In this document: in pieces, positions 1-10,852 of the stretch
Position numbering within the stretch: the first letter of the stretch is position 1
Layout: each line of letters opens with the position of its first letter
Source: Bdellovibrionota bacterium FG-1
GTDB taxonomy: Bacteria; Bdellovibrionota; UBA1018
DNA: 64,000 nt
Reading direction: 5' to 3'
Assembly: GCA_051382295.1 (NCBI GenBank)
Contig: JBBCAW010000004.1
Location: forward strand, 32,001-96,000
Notes under the pieces: generated by a model
Told to the model about the DNA's origin: nothing
The model's database searches: none
Seen by the model: only the letters and a program-made list of their open reading frames with translations
Program-made: the position numbers and the translations under genes

Positions 1-2
1 GT

Positions 3-404
3 GCGGTATCGGCCGACAAAACAATGATTCAGTTCTTAGCTAGCGAAGAGCTGATGAAGAAGCTTGATAAGCTCAAAGGCCTGCTTGCCCCTCAGAACGA
101 GCGCGGAAGTTATGAAGGACTGTTTGAGTTATTGGCCGAGCTTGCTTTAAAGAAGTTGGACCCGGAGGAGAAAGAAATAAAAACTAGGACGGGGAAGGCT
201 CCGGTAAGGTCACCCAGTCTTCAGGGCAGTCCTCAGAGCAACCCACCCACCCGCAGGACTTCTTCCTCGATCTCGACGCCCAACTCCGCGCGCGCCCGGC
301 TCTTTGCGAGCTCAATCAGCGCGCCCACATCCGCGGCAGTCGCGCCCCCGAGGTTGACGATAAAGTTGGGATGCTTCTCCGAAAACTGTGCGCCCCCAAT
401 TTGA
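3..404 (+). CDS. 5'-truncated hypothetical protein; resembles the central part of HNH-endonuclease-associated proteins, no HNH domain present
   Basis: Frame is open from base 3 (AVSADKTMIQFLASEELMKKLDKLKGLLA...LFELLAELALKKLDP). The tail overlaps murB antisense and looks like read-through. Confidence 0.4.
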   Translation, partial: AVSADKTMIQFLASEELMKKLDKLKGLLAPQNERGSYEGLFELLAELALKKLDPEEKEIKTRTGKAPVRSPSLQGSPQSNPPTRRTSSSISTPNSARARLFASSISAPTSAAVAPPRLTIKLGCFSENCAPPI

Positions 405-1186
405 TGCCCCCGCAGTCCGAGCCGCTCGATGACTTCCCAAGCCCGCAAGCCGCTCGCTCGAGGATTTTTGAACACGCTCCCACAAGACGGCAGCTCAATC
501 GGTTGCGAGGTCTTTCGCCGGGCCAAAGTCTCATCAATTCGGGCCTTCACTGCAGCGGGATCATCTTTGCTCACTTCCCAATCCACAGACCAAACCAGGC
601 TTCCCTCGGGCAAAAATAAATTACGGCGATACTCAAACCGGAGTTGTTCGCCCTCGCAAACCACTCGCTCTAAACTCCCGCCACCCAAAACAAAAGCCTC
701 AACTCGCCTCACACGATCTTTGGCTTCACCCAGATGCGTGCCCGCATTCATGGCGATCACGCCGCCCATCGTTCCCGGAATCCCCGTCAAAAGCTCGAGT
801 CCGCCCCACCCTTCAGCGGCGGCACGCCTGAGCAACGCTGATACCGCCACGCTTCCACCGATTCGAATTCGCCCCGACGAGGGAAGCTCTTCAATCTGCA
901 GATTCAGCCGTCCGGCCCGAATGATCAGTCCACTAAAACCCTCGTCGGCAACCAATAAATTAGAGCCTGCACCCAGCACAAAATGAGAAACACCCGTTTC
1001 GCGAATGCCTCGAAAAAGCCACTGCAGATCGGCCTCAGATTTTGGAGCCGCATAAATCAGCGCTGGCCCGCCAATCCGATAATACGTGTGTCGCGAAAGA
1101 GGCTCATCAAAAAGTAAAGAGCCGCTAAAACCATGAGCGCCCGCGCGGAACCAATTTTGCATCTTTTGCATGATCGCGGAATCCAC
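233..1186 (-). CDS. murB: UDP-N-acetylenolpyruvoylglucosamine reductase
   Basis: HTYYRIGGPA, LGAGSNLL, GIPGTMGG..MNAG, SCGSVFKNP, KHPNFIVN motifs. Start taken at the GTG just after the murC stop (ATG 1171 is an alternative). Confidence 0.95.
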   Translation of the reverse strand: MDSAIMQKMQNWFRAGAHGFSGSLLFDEPLSRHTYYRIGGPALIYAAPKSEADLQWLFRGIRETGVSHFVLGAGSNLLVADEGFSGLIIRAGRLNLQIEELPSSGRIRIGGSVAVSALLRRAAAEGWGGLELLTGIPGTMGGVIAMNAGTHLGEAKDRVRRVEAFVLGGGSLERVVCEGEQLRFEYRRNLFLPEGSLVWSVDWEVSKDDPAAVKARIDETLARRKTSQPIELPSCGSVFKNPRASGLRAWEVIERLGLRGHQIGGAQFSEKHPNFIVNLGGATAADVGALIELAKSRARAELGVEIEEEVLRVGGLL

Positions 1187-1188
1187 AA

Positions 1189-2583
1189 TTACCTCTGCCC
1201 CAGGGCCTCGATGAGTCGCTCCGGCAACCGCGTAATCGAACCAGCGCCGCAGCAAAGCACTAGATCACCCGAGGTCATGCGCTTCAAAACTTCATCGCCG
1301 GCGGAAAGCAGATCTCCCACATGCACGATCTCCTGCCCCGGATTGGCCACTTTTCGAATCGCCGCCACGAGACGCGCCGAATCCACACCCTCGATCGGGT
1401 CTTCGCCAGCCGCGTAGATATCGGTAATTAAAACGACATCACTCTTATGAAAGGCCGACAAAAACCCATCCCGACAATGCAAGGTTCGCGAATACCGATG
1501 CGGTTGAAAGACCGTGATAATCCGCCCTGGCCAATAACCTCGAGCGGCCGCAAGAGTCGCCGCAAGCTCAGTGGGGTGATGCGCATAATCGTCCACAATC
1601 ACACGCTTGCCGGCCTGATCTTGCCAGCGAATTTCAAAACGGCGTTTCACACCTTTAAACTGCTCCAATCCTCGCGCAATCATGGAAAAGTCAATTCCCA
1701 TATGCATCCCAATTGCCACCGCTGCCAAAGCATTCAAGACATTATGTTCGCCTGGCACATGCAATCGAACTTGCCCCAATACCTGCCCTCGACTTCGAGA
1801 AAACACTTCAAAGGTCGAACCCAAACCCTGGATCTTCACTGTCCGCGCTGAATAGTCCCATTCGTCAGACAAGCCATACGTGACAATCGGCTTACTCACG
1901 CGATTCAAGATTCGACGCACTCCGGGGTCCTCGCCACAAACCGCTGCGACCCCATAAAATGGCAACTCTCCAATGAACGCCACAAAAGCATGATCAATGG
2001 CTTCGAGACTTCCGTAATGATCCAAATGATCGTTATCAATATTAGTGATGATCGCCAAAGTCGCCGGGAGATGCAAAAAAGAGCCATCACTCTCATCCGC
2101 TTCGGCCACTAAAAAGCGCCCTTGCCCCAGCTTGGCATTGCCCCCTAATGAATCAACTTTACCCCCAATCACAATGGTGGGATCCAGGCCCGCGACCATC
2201 AGTACTGTCGCTAACATCGAGGTCGTCGTGGTTTTGCCATGAGTGCCCGCCACGGCGATCCCTGTCCGCCCCCGCATCAGCTCACCCAACATCTCCGCCC
2301 GCGGAATAATGGGGATTCGCAAGCGCTTGGCTTCGACCACTTCGGGATTCGTCGGTCGAACGGCCGATGAAATGACCACGACCTTCGCGCCCACGACATT
2401 TTCGGCGCGATGTCCGATGGAGATGCGTGCTCCAATCTGCGCCAGATGCCGAGTGGTTTCGGATTCGGCCTGATCAGAGCCTGTCACCGGATAACCTTGA
2501 TTGAGAAAAACCTCCGCGATCCCACTCATACCGATGCCACCAATTCCGACAAAGTGAAGCGGTGTTTCGTAACGCTTATGCAT
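1189..2583 (-). CDS. murC: UDP-N-acetylmuramate-L-alanine ligase
   Basis: GIGGIGMSG, GTHGKTTT, EADESD, DDYAHHPTE, FQPHRYSRT. Confidence 0.97.
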   Translation of the reverse strand: MHKRYETPLHFVGIGGIGMSGIAEVFLNQGYPVTGSDQAESETTRHLAQIGARISIGHRAENVVGAKVVVISSAVRPTNPEVVEAKRLRIPIIPRAEMLGELMRGRTGIAVAGTHGKTTTTSMLATVLMVAGLDPTIVIGGKVDSLGGNAKLGQGRFLVAEADESDGSFLHLPATLAIITNIDNDHLDHYGSLEAIDHAFVAFIGELPFYGVAAVCGEDPGVRRILNRVSKPIVTYGLSDEWDYSARTVKIQGLGSTFEVFSRSRGQVLGQVRLHVPGEHNVLNALAAVAIGMHMGIDFSMIARGLEQFKGVKRRFEIRWQDQAGKRVIVDDYAHHPTELAATLAAARGYWPGRIITVFQPHRYSRTLHCRDGFLSAFHKSDVVLITDIYAAGEDPIEGVDSARLVAAIRKVANPGQEIVHVGDLLSAGDEVLKRMTSGDLVLCCGAGSITRLPERLIEALGQR

Positions 2584-3682
2584 GATTCAAAGTCTCCACT
2601 ATCATTCGGGCCGCATCCGGCCGATAAAACCCGATCACGGCTTGCTCCATTCGATCGATTTGAGAGGGATCCATCACCGCCTGGCGAATAAACGAGGCCA
2701 ACTGTGCACCCGCCCCGGGGCCTTGCTTGAGCAAAAACGCCCCGCGGGCATCCGTAAAAACCCGCGCATTCGTTTCCTGATGATTGTCCGCAGCCGTAGG
2801 CAAGGGCACTAAAACTGCTGCGCGCCCCACCGCCGCAATCTCCGCCAGAGTAGAGGATCCTGATCGGCAGATCAAAAGCGAGGACTGGGCGTAAGCCTCC
2901 GGCATTTCGTAAATAAATTTTTCCACCCGGGCTTGGCTTTCCGCTTGGCGATGTCCTTCAACCACCCTGTTATAATCTAACTCACCCGTTTGATGAATAA
3001 AGCGTAAACGGTGCTTAAGATCCTGCAAAAGAGGCAAGGCCTCCAGAACTAGCGAATTGATGCCAAGTGCCCCCTGAGAACCCCCAAAAATAAAGATGAC
3101 AAAGGGGTCTCGTGGGGCCGACACCAGGCGAGTCATGACACTTCGAACGGGATTGCCGGTGATCAAAATGCGGGAATTCCGAAACTGTTTTTCAGTCCCC
3201 GGAAAACTGCAAAAAACAAAATCCACAAACCGACCCAGAATCCGGTTGGTAAAACCTGGAACTGAATTTTGTTCCAAAATCGCCGTCCGCGCGTGGGCGA
3301 GTCCTAAACCTCGCAAAATTCTCGCCATCAAAACTAAGGGGCCCGAGGCAAACCCCCCCACCCCAATCACGGCCTTTGGCTGATACCGGATAATCCAGCC
3401 CGCCGATTTTAAAAGCGACAACGGAAGTTGAACCATCGTCTTGAGACGCCGTGTCCAGCCCACTCTCTTCAGCGATCCGAGTTGCAGCAGCCGCAACGGG
3501 TAGCCGGCCCGGGGCACCAGCTTTTCTTCAATTCGTCCCTCGGCCCCTACAAAAACGATCGAGGTCTCGGACCCAAAATTTTGTTTCCAGGCATCCGCAA
3601 TCGCAATCCCTGCGAACACGTGCCCCCCCGTTCCTCCACCTGCGACCATCAGTCCCGAAGAAATAGGGCTTGAGTCACCCAC
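2576..3682 (-). CDS. murG: Lipid II GlcNAc transferase
   Basis: AGGGTGGH, EQNSVPG, TGNPVR, GGSQGA, HQETNA. GTG start overlaps the ftsW stop. Confidence 0.95.
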   Translation of the reverse strand: MGDSSPISSGLMVAGGGTGGHVFAGIAIADAWKQNFGSETSIVFVGAEGRIEEKLVPRAGYPLRLLQLGSLKRVGWTRRLKTMVQLPLSLLKSAGWIIRYQPKAVIGVGGFASGPLVLMARILRGLGLAHARTAILEQNSVPGFTNRILGRFVDFVFCSFPGTEKQFRNSRILITGNPVRSVMTRLVSAPRDPFVIFIFGGSQGALGINSLVLEALPLLQDLKHRLRFIHQTGELDYNRVVEGHRQAESQARVEKFIYEMPEAYAQSSLLICRSGSSTLAEIAAVGRAAVLVPLPTAADNHQETNARVFTDARGAFLLKQGPGAGAQLASFIRQAVMDPSQIDRMEQAVIGFYRPDAARMIVETLNHA

Positions 3683-4808
3683 TGCTCGCCTCACTGGGAG
3701 CGGGAAGGTTTCGAGAGGGATACTGAGGCCCACGCGCAACACTGAGAAGCACCCCAACGGCAAAAAGATCCACTAACAAAGCCGAGCCCCCGTAGCTGAT
3801 GAAAGGAAGGGTCAGCCCTTTAGTCGGAAGAAGTCCCAAAACCACCGCCATATTCACAAAACCCTGAAGTCCCAAAGCGAGGGTGATCCCGGCAGCGAGC
3901 AGCATCCCGAAGCGATCTTCGTATTGCTGATGGGCTTTTAGCGCAATTTTTAGCCCCCGATAAATGAAGACTAAGTAGGCGACGATCACCGCCAATATGC
4001 CGAGAAACCCAAGTTCCTCGCCGATGACTGAAAAAATAAAATCGTTATGCGCCTCGGGTAGAAAAAATAGCTTTTCCTTGCCATTGCCCAACCCGACGCC
4101 CCAAAAACCGCCTTGATGAAGGCCCACGAGGGACTGCAAAATTTGGAACCCTTTGCCGCCCGGATCTTTCCAGGGATCCATAAACGTCATCAATCGCTGC
4201 CGGCGATAGGAGGATCCTAGAACTAGCACCGTCCCGACCAGCGCGGCTAATACGAGTGCACTCGCCAAATACCGTTTGGGAACACCCGCCAAAAACATCA
4301 GCAAAAAAATCACCAACGTAATCATGACGGTGGTGCCGAAATCAGGTTGAAAAAGCAGCAAGAGCATGGCAGGCAAAGGCACTACAAACTGGGCCAAAAC
4401 GCCCGCCGCCAAAGTGTGCACACGATCCTGCTTACGGTCGAGTTGGCGGGCTACAAAAAAGATCACGGCAAATTTTGCCAGTTCCCCGGGCTGAAAAGTC
4501 AAAGGCCCCAGTTTGAGCCAACGCTGGGCCCCCAAAACTCGAGTGCCTAGCCCCGGGACAAAAACCAGGGCCAGCAAAACCACCGAAAGCGCCAACCCCG
4601 GGTAAGCCCACTTTGCCCATCGACGGTAATCCACTCGGCAAACGGCAATCAGCGCGGTAAAACCCAGCGTCGCAAAAACGAGCTGCTTCTTAATAAAAGC
4701 GAAGCCGTCGCCCGTCTTTTCTTGGGCATAAATAAACGACGAACTATAAACCATCAACAACCCGAACACGACCATCGCGATGACCGTGAGGAGGAGCACC
4801 AAATCCAC
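3675..4808 (-). CDS. ftsW: SEDS peptidoglycan polymerase FtsW
   Basis: Multi-TM protein with FQPGELAK, QPDFGT, LPEAHNDF, LPFISYGGS. Start uncertain (ATG 4904 is possible). Confidence 0.93.
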   Translation of the reverse strand: MDLVLLLTVIAMVVFGLLMVYSSSFIYAQEKTGDGFAFIKKQLVFATLGFTALIAVCRVDYRRWAKWAYPGLALSVVLLALVFVPGLGTRVLGAQRWLKLGPLTFQPGELAKFAVIFFVARQLDRKQDRVHTLAAGVLAQFVVPLPAMLLLLFQPDFGTTVMITLVIFLLMFLAGVPKRYLASALVLAALVGTVLVLGSSYRRQRLMTFMDPWKDPGGKGFQILQSLVGLHQGGFWGVGLGNGKEKLFFLPEAHNDFIFSVIGEELGFLGILAVIVAYLVFIYRGLKIALKAHQQYEDRFGMLLAAGITLALGLQGFVNMAVVLGLLPTKGLTLPFISYGGSALLVDLFAVGVLLSVARGPQYPSRNLPAPSEASSG

Positions 4809-4857
4809 GCCTTGGCCCGGTAAAGGCCAGGGGCAGGTGTCGCCCTCTTTCGAGTTC

Positions 4858-6240
4858 TTAAAGTTGGCTGACCAGCTTTTTGAAATAATCGCCTCGTTCT
4901 TCATAATTGCGGAACATATCGTAGCTCGCACAGCCGGGCGAAAGCAGAATAATGTCGCCCGAACGAGACTTTTGATAGGCAAGAAGAACAGCTTCTTCAA
5001 AGGTTCCTACCAAAAATGTTTCCGCGTGGTCTCCGATGGCACGATTGATTTTTTCTTTCGCTTCACCCAGTAAAATAACGATCTTGCACTTCTTCTGAAC
5101 CAGATCTTGAAGCGGCGTATAATCCATGTTCTTGTCTTTGCCGCCCGCAATCAAAATAATCGGATTACTCGTAAAAGCACCCAACGAGCGCTTCACGCTC
5201 ATGACATTGGTGCCTTTTGAATCGTTAAAAAAGAAAACGCCATCTTTCTTACGAATGAATTCCAGCCGATGCGCAACCGCTTTAAACGTATTGATCACGG
5301 TTTGAACGGCTTTTTCGCTCACCCCCATAATCCGCGCCGTCAGCACCGCCGCCAGAAGATTTTCTTTGTTGTGTTCACCAAAAAGTTTGAACTGCGCGAG
5401 ATCATAAATCTCTTCTTTGCCCGTGATTTTTACCATCAACTTCTTAATAGCTGCGTTGTAATAAGCGCCGCAAAATTGTTCGGCAAAAGCCCCCCCCACC
5501 TTGAGCGGGTCACGACGGGTGAACCAGAGCACCTTGCCTGGATTTTCCTGGCCAAAGCTGGCAATAATAGGATCGTCATAATTCAGGATCACGTAACTAT
5601 TCCGATCGCAGGCCTTTAAAAGGCGTTTTTTCGCCTGAATATAGCTCTGCATATCCGAATAACGATCCAAGTGGTCTTCTTCGAGATTGGTGAAAACCGC
5701 GACCGCCGGGACCAATTTATCGATCATCTCCAACTGAAAGCTCGATAGCTCAGCCACGACAACATCGGCCTTCTGTCCCTCGGTGACATAGTTCAGCAGG
5801 GGTCTGCCGATATTGCCACCCACATAAACCCCTTTGTTATCGGCTTTGAACATATCACCGATCAAAGTGGTCACGGTCGTCTTGCCATTGGTGCCCGTAA
5901 TCGCCACCAGCGGTTCTTTCAGTGCCTGCGCGGCTAACTCGACTTCTGAAATAATGGGGACATTGAGCTCGCGAGCTTCTTCCAGGGGTTTGATATTCAA
6001 CTGAACGCCGGGGCTCACCACAATCAACTCTGCCGTGTGAAAGGTCTTGTTATTATGCTTACCCAGTTCGTATTCGATTTTCAGCTCTTCACACGCCGTG
6101 ATCGAATCCATCAAGTCATGCCGTTGCTTGGTGTCGGTGACCGTGACTTTGGCGCCTTGTTTGACCATGTATTTGATTGCGGCCACGCCGGAGAGTCCGA
6201 AACCCACCACTAAAACTCTTTTGCCCTTGTACTTACTCAT
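4858..6240 (-). CDS. murD: UDP-MurNAc-L-Ala-D-glutamate ligase
   Basis: ITGTNGKTT, ELSSFQL, DHLDRY, NDSKGTN, LSPGCASYDMF. Confidence 0.97.
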   Translation of the reverse strand: MSKYKGKRVLVVGFGLSGVAAIKYMVKQGAKVTVTDTKQRHDLMDSITACEELKIEYELGKHNNKTFHTAELIVVSPGVQLNIKPLEEARELNVPIISEVELAAQALKEPLVAITGTNGKTTVTTLIGDMFKADNKGVYVGGNIGRPLLNYVTEGQKADVVVAELSSFQLEMIDKLVPAVAVFTNLEEDHLDRYSDMQSYIQAKKRLLKACDRNSYVILNYDDPIIASFGQENPGKVLWFTRRDPLKVGGAFAEQFCGAYYNAAIKKLMVKITGKEEIYDLAQFKLFGEHNKENLLAAVLTARIMGVSEKAVQTVINTFKAVAHRLEFIRKKDGVFFFNDSKGTNVMSVKRSLGAFTSNPIILIAGGKDKNMDYTPLQDLVQKKCKIVILLGEAKEKINRAIGDHAETFLVGTFEEAVLLAYQKSRSGDIILLSPGCASYDMFRNYEERGDYFKKLVSQL

Positions 6241-6261
6241 GAAGACAATCCCCTAAGGTTA

Positions 6262-7338
6262 TTACCTCAGCTTGAGGGTCGAAAGCGTAAACAACGCAAG
6301 CAGAATGGAGATGATCCAAAACCGAACGATCACCTTGGGCTCTGCCCAACCCTTGAGTTCAAAGTGATGGTGAATCGGCGCCATCTTGAAGACTCGCTTT
6401 CCAGTCATCTTGAAGGACGCCACCTGTGCCATCACTGAGAGTGCCTCAATTACGAAAATTCCGCCGCAAAGTGCAAGTAAGAATTCGTTTTTCGTAATAA
6501 CAGCCACAATAGCTAACGCAGCCCCGAGCGCGAGAGACCCCACATCACCCATAAACACCTGCGCTGGATAGGTGTTAAACCATAAAAATCCCAGACAAGA
6601 CGCCGCGATTGTGCCACAAAAAATGGACAACTCTCCAGCCCCAGGAACATGAGGAATCTGTAAGTATTCCGAAATCTTAGCGTTTCCGGCGCAATAGGCC
6701 AAAATCAAAAATGTGCCGGACGTCGTGATGGTCGGGCCCACCGCAAGGCCATCCAACCCGTCGGTCAAATTCACTGCATTTGAGGTGCCCACAATCACGA
6801 AGGCGGCAAAAGCGATAAAGAAGGGACCTAAATGCAAAGACCAAGACTTGAAGAAGGGGAATTTAAGATCCGGGGGCGTATCCCTCAACACATAGATGAG
6901 GTAGGCTGCACCCACTGCGATTATGGTTTGCCAAAAAATCTTTTGACGTCCGGAAAGCCCTTTTGAGTTTTTTTGAATCACTTTACGGTAATCATCGACC
7001 CAACCAATCACGCCCGTCAAAAGCGTGGTCGCCAAGGCAATCCACACATTTTTGTTGGTCAGATCAGACCAAAGCAAAGTGGGAACCGCAATTCCCAATA
7101 AAATCAAGCCCCCACCCATCGTAGGGGTTCCCTTTTTAGAAAGGTGGCTTTTCGGCCCATCATCCCGAATGGATTGACCCAGCTGCTTTCGCTGCAAAAA
7201 ACGGATATAGGCCGGACCGATCAACATGCACAAAAGGACACTGGTGATGCTCGCGCCGAACGTTCTGAACGTGATGTACTTAAAGACGTTCAGGAACGAG
7301 TGCTGCGCATGCAGCGGGTACAGTAAATGGAAGAGCAT
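6262..7338 (-). CDS. mraY: Phospho-MurNAc-pentapeptide transferase
   Basis: [38 protein letters not shown]. Confidence 0.97.
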   Translation of the reverse strand: MLFHLLYPLHAQHSFLNVFKYITFRTFGASITSVLLCMLIGPAYIRFLQRKQLGQSIRDDGPKSHLSKKGTPTMGGGLILLGIAVPTLLWSDLTNKNVWIALATTLLTGVIGWVDDYRKVIQKNSKGLSGRQKIFWQTIIAVGAAYLIYVLRDTPPDLKFPFFKSWSLHLGPFFIAFAAFVIVGTSNAVNLTDGLDGLAVGPTITTSGTFLILAYCAGNAKISEYLQIPHVPGAGELSIFCGTIAASCLGFLWFNTYPAQVFMGDVGSLALGAALAIVAVITKNEFLLALCGGIFVIEALSVMAQVASFKMTGKRVFKMAPIHHHFELKGWAEPKVIVRFWIISILLALFTLSTLKLR

Positions 7339-7370
7339 CCTCGGATGCTAATGGGTTTTGAAAAACCGTG

Positions 7371-8846
7371 TCAATGTCTTTTGTCATCCTTTGCATCTAA
7401 GGCCCCGGCCGCAACCTCCCTGTCATCAAACCGGACCTTTCGAGTCCCCTCGGGGGCCGTGGGGTCGGCCACGATTTGATAGTCCTCGTGTCCTTTTCCT
7501 GCAATCAGCACGAGATCACCCCCCTGAGCCTCCAAAACCGCGCTAAAAATCGCTTTTCGGCGATCGGGTTCGATCCTAACATTTGTCCGATCGGTAATTC
7601 CACCCAGGATCTCTTGAATGATCACGTCTGGACTCTCTGTTCGTGGATTATCAGAAGTGACCCAGAGAAGATCCGAGAGCTCAGCCGCGAGCTTACCCAT
7701 CACTGGGCGCTTGGAGCGATCACGGTCACCGCCACATCCCACAACCGTAATAAGGCGATGTCCCTGCCGAACCTCACGCAGAGTCTTGAGCACCTTTTCC
7801 AAGGCGTCAGGTTTGTGGGCATAATCTACCCAAACAGAAACTCCTTGCCGATTGGGAACCCGCTCCAGACGCCCTGGAACCGACTTCAGGCGCGCGATCC
7901 CCTTCGCGATAGTATCCGCATCCAGACGCAGACCTTGCGCTGCTGCAATAGCTCCGAGCAGGTTCTGAGCATTAAATCGTCCCGTTAAACCGGATTTGAT
8001 CCGTACCCCCGCCGCACTTCCTTGAATTCCACTCAAATCGATCTGAAGACCAGCACCCGAAATATCGGCGTTAGGGTCCAGCCCAAAACTGGCAAACCAC
8101 AATTCGGGCTGCGGATGGGCGCGCAGGTCCTCGATCAAGCGCTGGCCCCACTCGTCGTCCTGGCTGATACCCGCAAACGGACGCTTACCTGACTCAATCG
8201 AATATTGGATCGAGTCGGTAAATAAACTCGCCTTGGCGCGAAAGTAATCTTCCATGTTGGGATGAAAATCCAGATGCTCCCGGGTGAGATTAGTGAAAAT
8301 GACCGAATCAAAAGCAACATAGGCCGCTCGGTGTTGCTTCAGCGCATGCGAAGAAACTTCCATCACCACGGCAGTGCAACCGTCTTTTTTCATCTCGGCT
8401 AGGAGTTTTTGCAGCTCAACTGGCCCAGGTGTGGTGTGAGTCGAAGGATAGATTTTTTTTTCAAATCGAAAATTGATGGTTCCGATCACACCGACTCGAT
8501 GACCGGCCGACGCTAAGATGGACTCCAAGATATAAGTTGTCGTCGTTTTTCCGCTCGTGCCGGTCACACCTACGATGGTCATCCCCTTGGAAGGATGACC
8601 TGCGAAATGAGCGGCCAAGCAGGCTAGGGCAAGCCGAGAATCAGGAGCGCGGATATAAGGAATGCCCTTGAGTTCCTCGGCTGGATCCTCCCCCACGATG
8701 CAGACCGCGCCCTGTTTGACCGCCTGGCCTATATAAAGATGCCCATCGTGTGATCCCCCTCGAACAGCGACAAAAACCGTTTGAGAAGTGACTTGTCGTG
8801 AATCAGCCGTGACATTGCGAGCAGAAGCCGGAATTTGTTCAATCAT
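7371..8846 (-). CDS. murE: UDP-MurNAc-tripeptide synthetase (meso-DAP type)
   Basis: TGTSGKTT, MEVSSH, VDYAHKPD, GCGGDRD, DNPR specificity motif, AGKGHE. Confidence 0.96.
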   Translation of the reverse strand: MIEQIPASARNVTADSRQVTSQTVFVAVRGGSHDGHLYIGQAVKQGAVCIVGEDPAEELKGIPYIRAPDSRLALACLAAHFAGHPSKGMTIVGVTGTSGKTTTTYILESILASAGHRVGVIGTINFRFEKKIYPSTHTTPGPVELQKLLAEMKKDGCTAVVMEVSSHALKQHRAAYVAFDSVIFTNLTREHLDFHPNMEDYFRAKASLFTDSIQYSIESGKRPFAGISQDDEWGQRLIEDLRAHPQPELWFASFGLDPNADISGAGLQIDLSGIQGSAAGVRIKSGLTGRFNAQNLLGAIAAAQGLRLDADTIAKGIARLKSVPGRLERVPNRQGVSVWVDYAHKPDALEKVLKTLREVRQGHRLITVVGCGGDRDRSKRPVMGKLAAELSDLLWVTSDNPRTESPDVIIQEILGGITDRTNVRIEPDRRKAIFSAVLEAQGGDLVLIAGKGHEDYQIVADPTAPEGTRKVRFDDREVAAGALDAKDDKRH

Positions 8847-10852
8847 GGGTCCCCCAGCGACACCTTAACCGTATCTCCCTCGACTAAGGAAGTCCCCTCT
8901 GCCGGATTTTGGGTTCGAATCACCCCAGTGCCATGAACCTCCATTTGGAAGCGATGGCCTTGTAATGCGCGCATAGCCTCCCGCGGAGTTAAGCCCTGTA
9001 GAGAGGGCATTTTCCACATCGTATGCCCTGTGGCCGTCGTCCCCTGCCAATGCAAAGCAAGATCGGCCTCAGGCTCAGGAGAAGCTACCGGATGGGCCGA
9101 GGACACCTTGAGTCGATCCTGATCGGCCAAAACTCGATTAACGGTATCCGGCCGGGTCGGAAGACTGAAGCGATTGGCCACCGCATTGAGAACTTCGCGA
9201 AACAACGGCGCCGCGGTTTCTGAAGCGTAAATCACCCCATGAGGTTCATCAATGGAGGCAAAAACCACGATTTTGGGATCGACCCCCAAAGGCATGCCAA
9301 TAAAGGATGCGACATAACGCGAACGTGAATAGGTGTGTGTGGTGGGATCAACTTTTTGCGCAGTTCCGGTTTTTCCAGCAATCGCATAACCCGGAAGATT
9401 GGCCTTAATCGCGGTTCCACCCTCGTGAAGCGGACCTTGAAGGGTTTCAACCATCTGGGCCGCGACTTTTTCTGTAATTACGCGCGAACTGAGGGGTTTC
9501 GCGGAATCCATCAAAATTCTGGGCTGAACCAACCATCCACCATTCAAAAAGGTCGCATAGGCTCGAAGCATTTGAATCGGCGTCACTAAGATGCCTTGGC
9601 CAAACCCGATATTCGCCAACGTAATGGGTGACCAATTTTTTCGCACCGGCAACATTCCCGAAATCTCACCGGGAAAGAACGACCCCGTTTTCGCCCCAAA
9701 ACCGAAGGACTTCAAGGTGCTATAATAATGGTCGGCCCCGAGCTTGAGTGCCACTTTGGCCGCGCCCACATTGCTCGAAACTTGAATCAGTCTATTCAAA
9801 TTGAGCCAGCCATATTTTTCGTGAGCCTCCGCTTCCGAAATTTTATGCCCCTGCACCTTGAGGCCCTGGCCCATTTCACCCCAGACTTGATCTGAAATCT
9901 TCCAGCCATGCGAAAGCGCGCTCGCCAATAATACTGCCTTGAGTGTCGAGCCTGGCTCGTAGCCATCAGTCAGCACCCGGTTGCGACGCCGGTCGGCAGG
10001 CGCATTGGGATCATTGGGGTTATAAGAAGGTTGATTGGCCATAGCGAGGATTTCGCCATTGACTGCATTCATCACAATAACCGCACCGCCATGCGCATTA
10101 TGCTTGAGTACCGAATTACGAAGTTCCTGCTCCACTGCGAACTGAAGAGAGGCATCAAGCGTCAGGCTCACGGGCTCGCCATCTCGATGATCTTGAACAT
10201 TTTTAGCCGAAACGGCGTCAATAAAAGTGGGGCGTCCCATGGCATCCTTGATCGCGCTGACGGAGAGTATTTTTCCGCGCATTTTCTCGTCTTGCCAAAG
10301 CTCCACGCCTTCAACGCCTTCAGAATCTACATTTGTCCCGCCAATCACGTGCGAAGCCAGTTCACCATGAGGATAAACCCGCTTGCTTTCCTTCACCTGC
10401 ATAAGCCCTGGAATTAGATCTCCATCCGCACTGAATAATCGCCATTTTTTGAGTCGATGCAGCTCGTTTTCAGTCAGATGGCGCTTGATCCAGACAAATT
10501 CGTGCCCCCCTTTGAGTCGTTGCAGTATTTTTTTGTATGGCACATCCGTGGCCTTATTCAGCAACCGAGCCAAAGCGCGGGGATTGTCTATTTTGGAAGG
10601 ATTAGCCGCAAGCGAACTCGTTTCGATATTGATCGCAAGAGGTTCACCGTTTCGGTCCAAAATCGCGCCCCGACGAGGACGAATCAACACCTTAGACTGA
10701 AATTGTCGCCGCGCCATCTGCTCTAAACGCTCATGCGTGAAGACCTGAACCATCGCGGCCCGAGCCATCACGGCTGCCGCAAAAAGCATGCACAAAAGCA
10801 TCAAGCTCGTCATTCTCAGCTTGATACCGAGCTTGGTTGCTTCAGTTTGCAT
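8843..10852 (-). CDS. ftsI: Class B PBP (FtsI/PBP3) with C-terminal PASTA domain
   Basis: RGAILDRNG, EPGSTLK (SxxK), SSN, KTGTAQK. PASTA-like tail MPSLQGLTPREA. GGAGG RBS before MQTEATK. Confidence 0.93.
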   Translation of the reverse strand: MQTEATKLGIKLRMTSLMLLCMLFAAAVMARAAMVQVFTHERLEQMARRQFQSKVLIRPRRGAILDRNGEPLAINIETSSLAANPSKIDNPRALARLLNKATDVPYKKILQRLKGGHEFVWIKRHLTENELHRLKKWRLFSADGDLIPGLMQVKESKRVYPHGELASHVIGGTNVDSEGVEGVELWQDEKMRGKILSVSAIKDAMGRPTFIDAVSAKNVQDHRDGEPVSLTLDASLQFAVEQELRNSVLKHNAHGGAVIVMNAVNGEILAMANQPSYNPNDPNAPADRRRNRVLTDGYEPGSTLKAVLLASALSHGWKISDQVWGEMGQGLKVQGHKISEAEAHEKYGWLNLNRLIQVSSNVGAAKVALKLGADHYYSTLKSFGFGAKTGSFFPGEISGMLPVRKNWSPITLANIGFGQGILVTPIQMLRAYATFLNGGWLVQPRILMDSAKPLSSRVITEKVAAQMVETLQGPLHEGGTAIKANLPGYAIAGKTGTAQKVDPTTHTYSRSRYVASFIGMPLGVDPKIVVFASIDEPHGVIYASETAAPLFREVLNAVANRFSLPTRPDTVNRVLADQDRLKVSSAHPVASPEPEADLALHWQGTTATGHTMWKMPSLQGLTPREAMRALQGHRFQMEVHGTGVIRTQNPAEGTSLVEGDTVKVSLGDP

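Noticed and set aside
429..986. 185-aa plus-strand ORF and many similar antisense ORFs across the dcw genes and ligA
   Set aside because: Shadow frames of well-supported genes, with no motifs.
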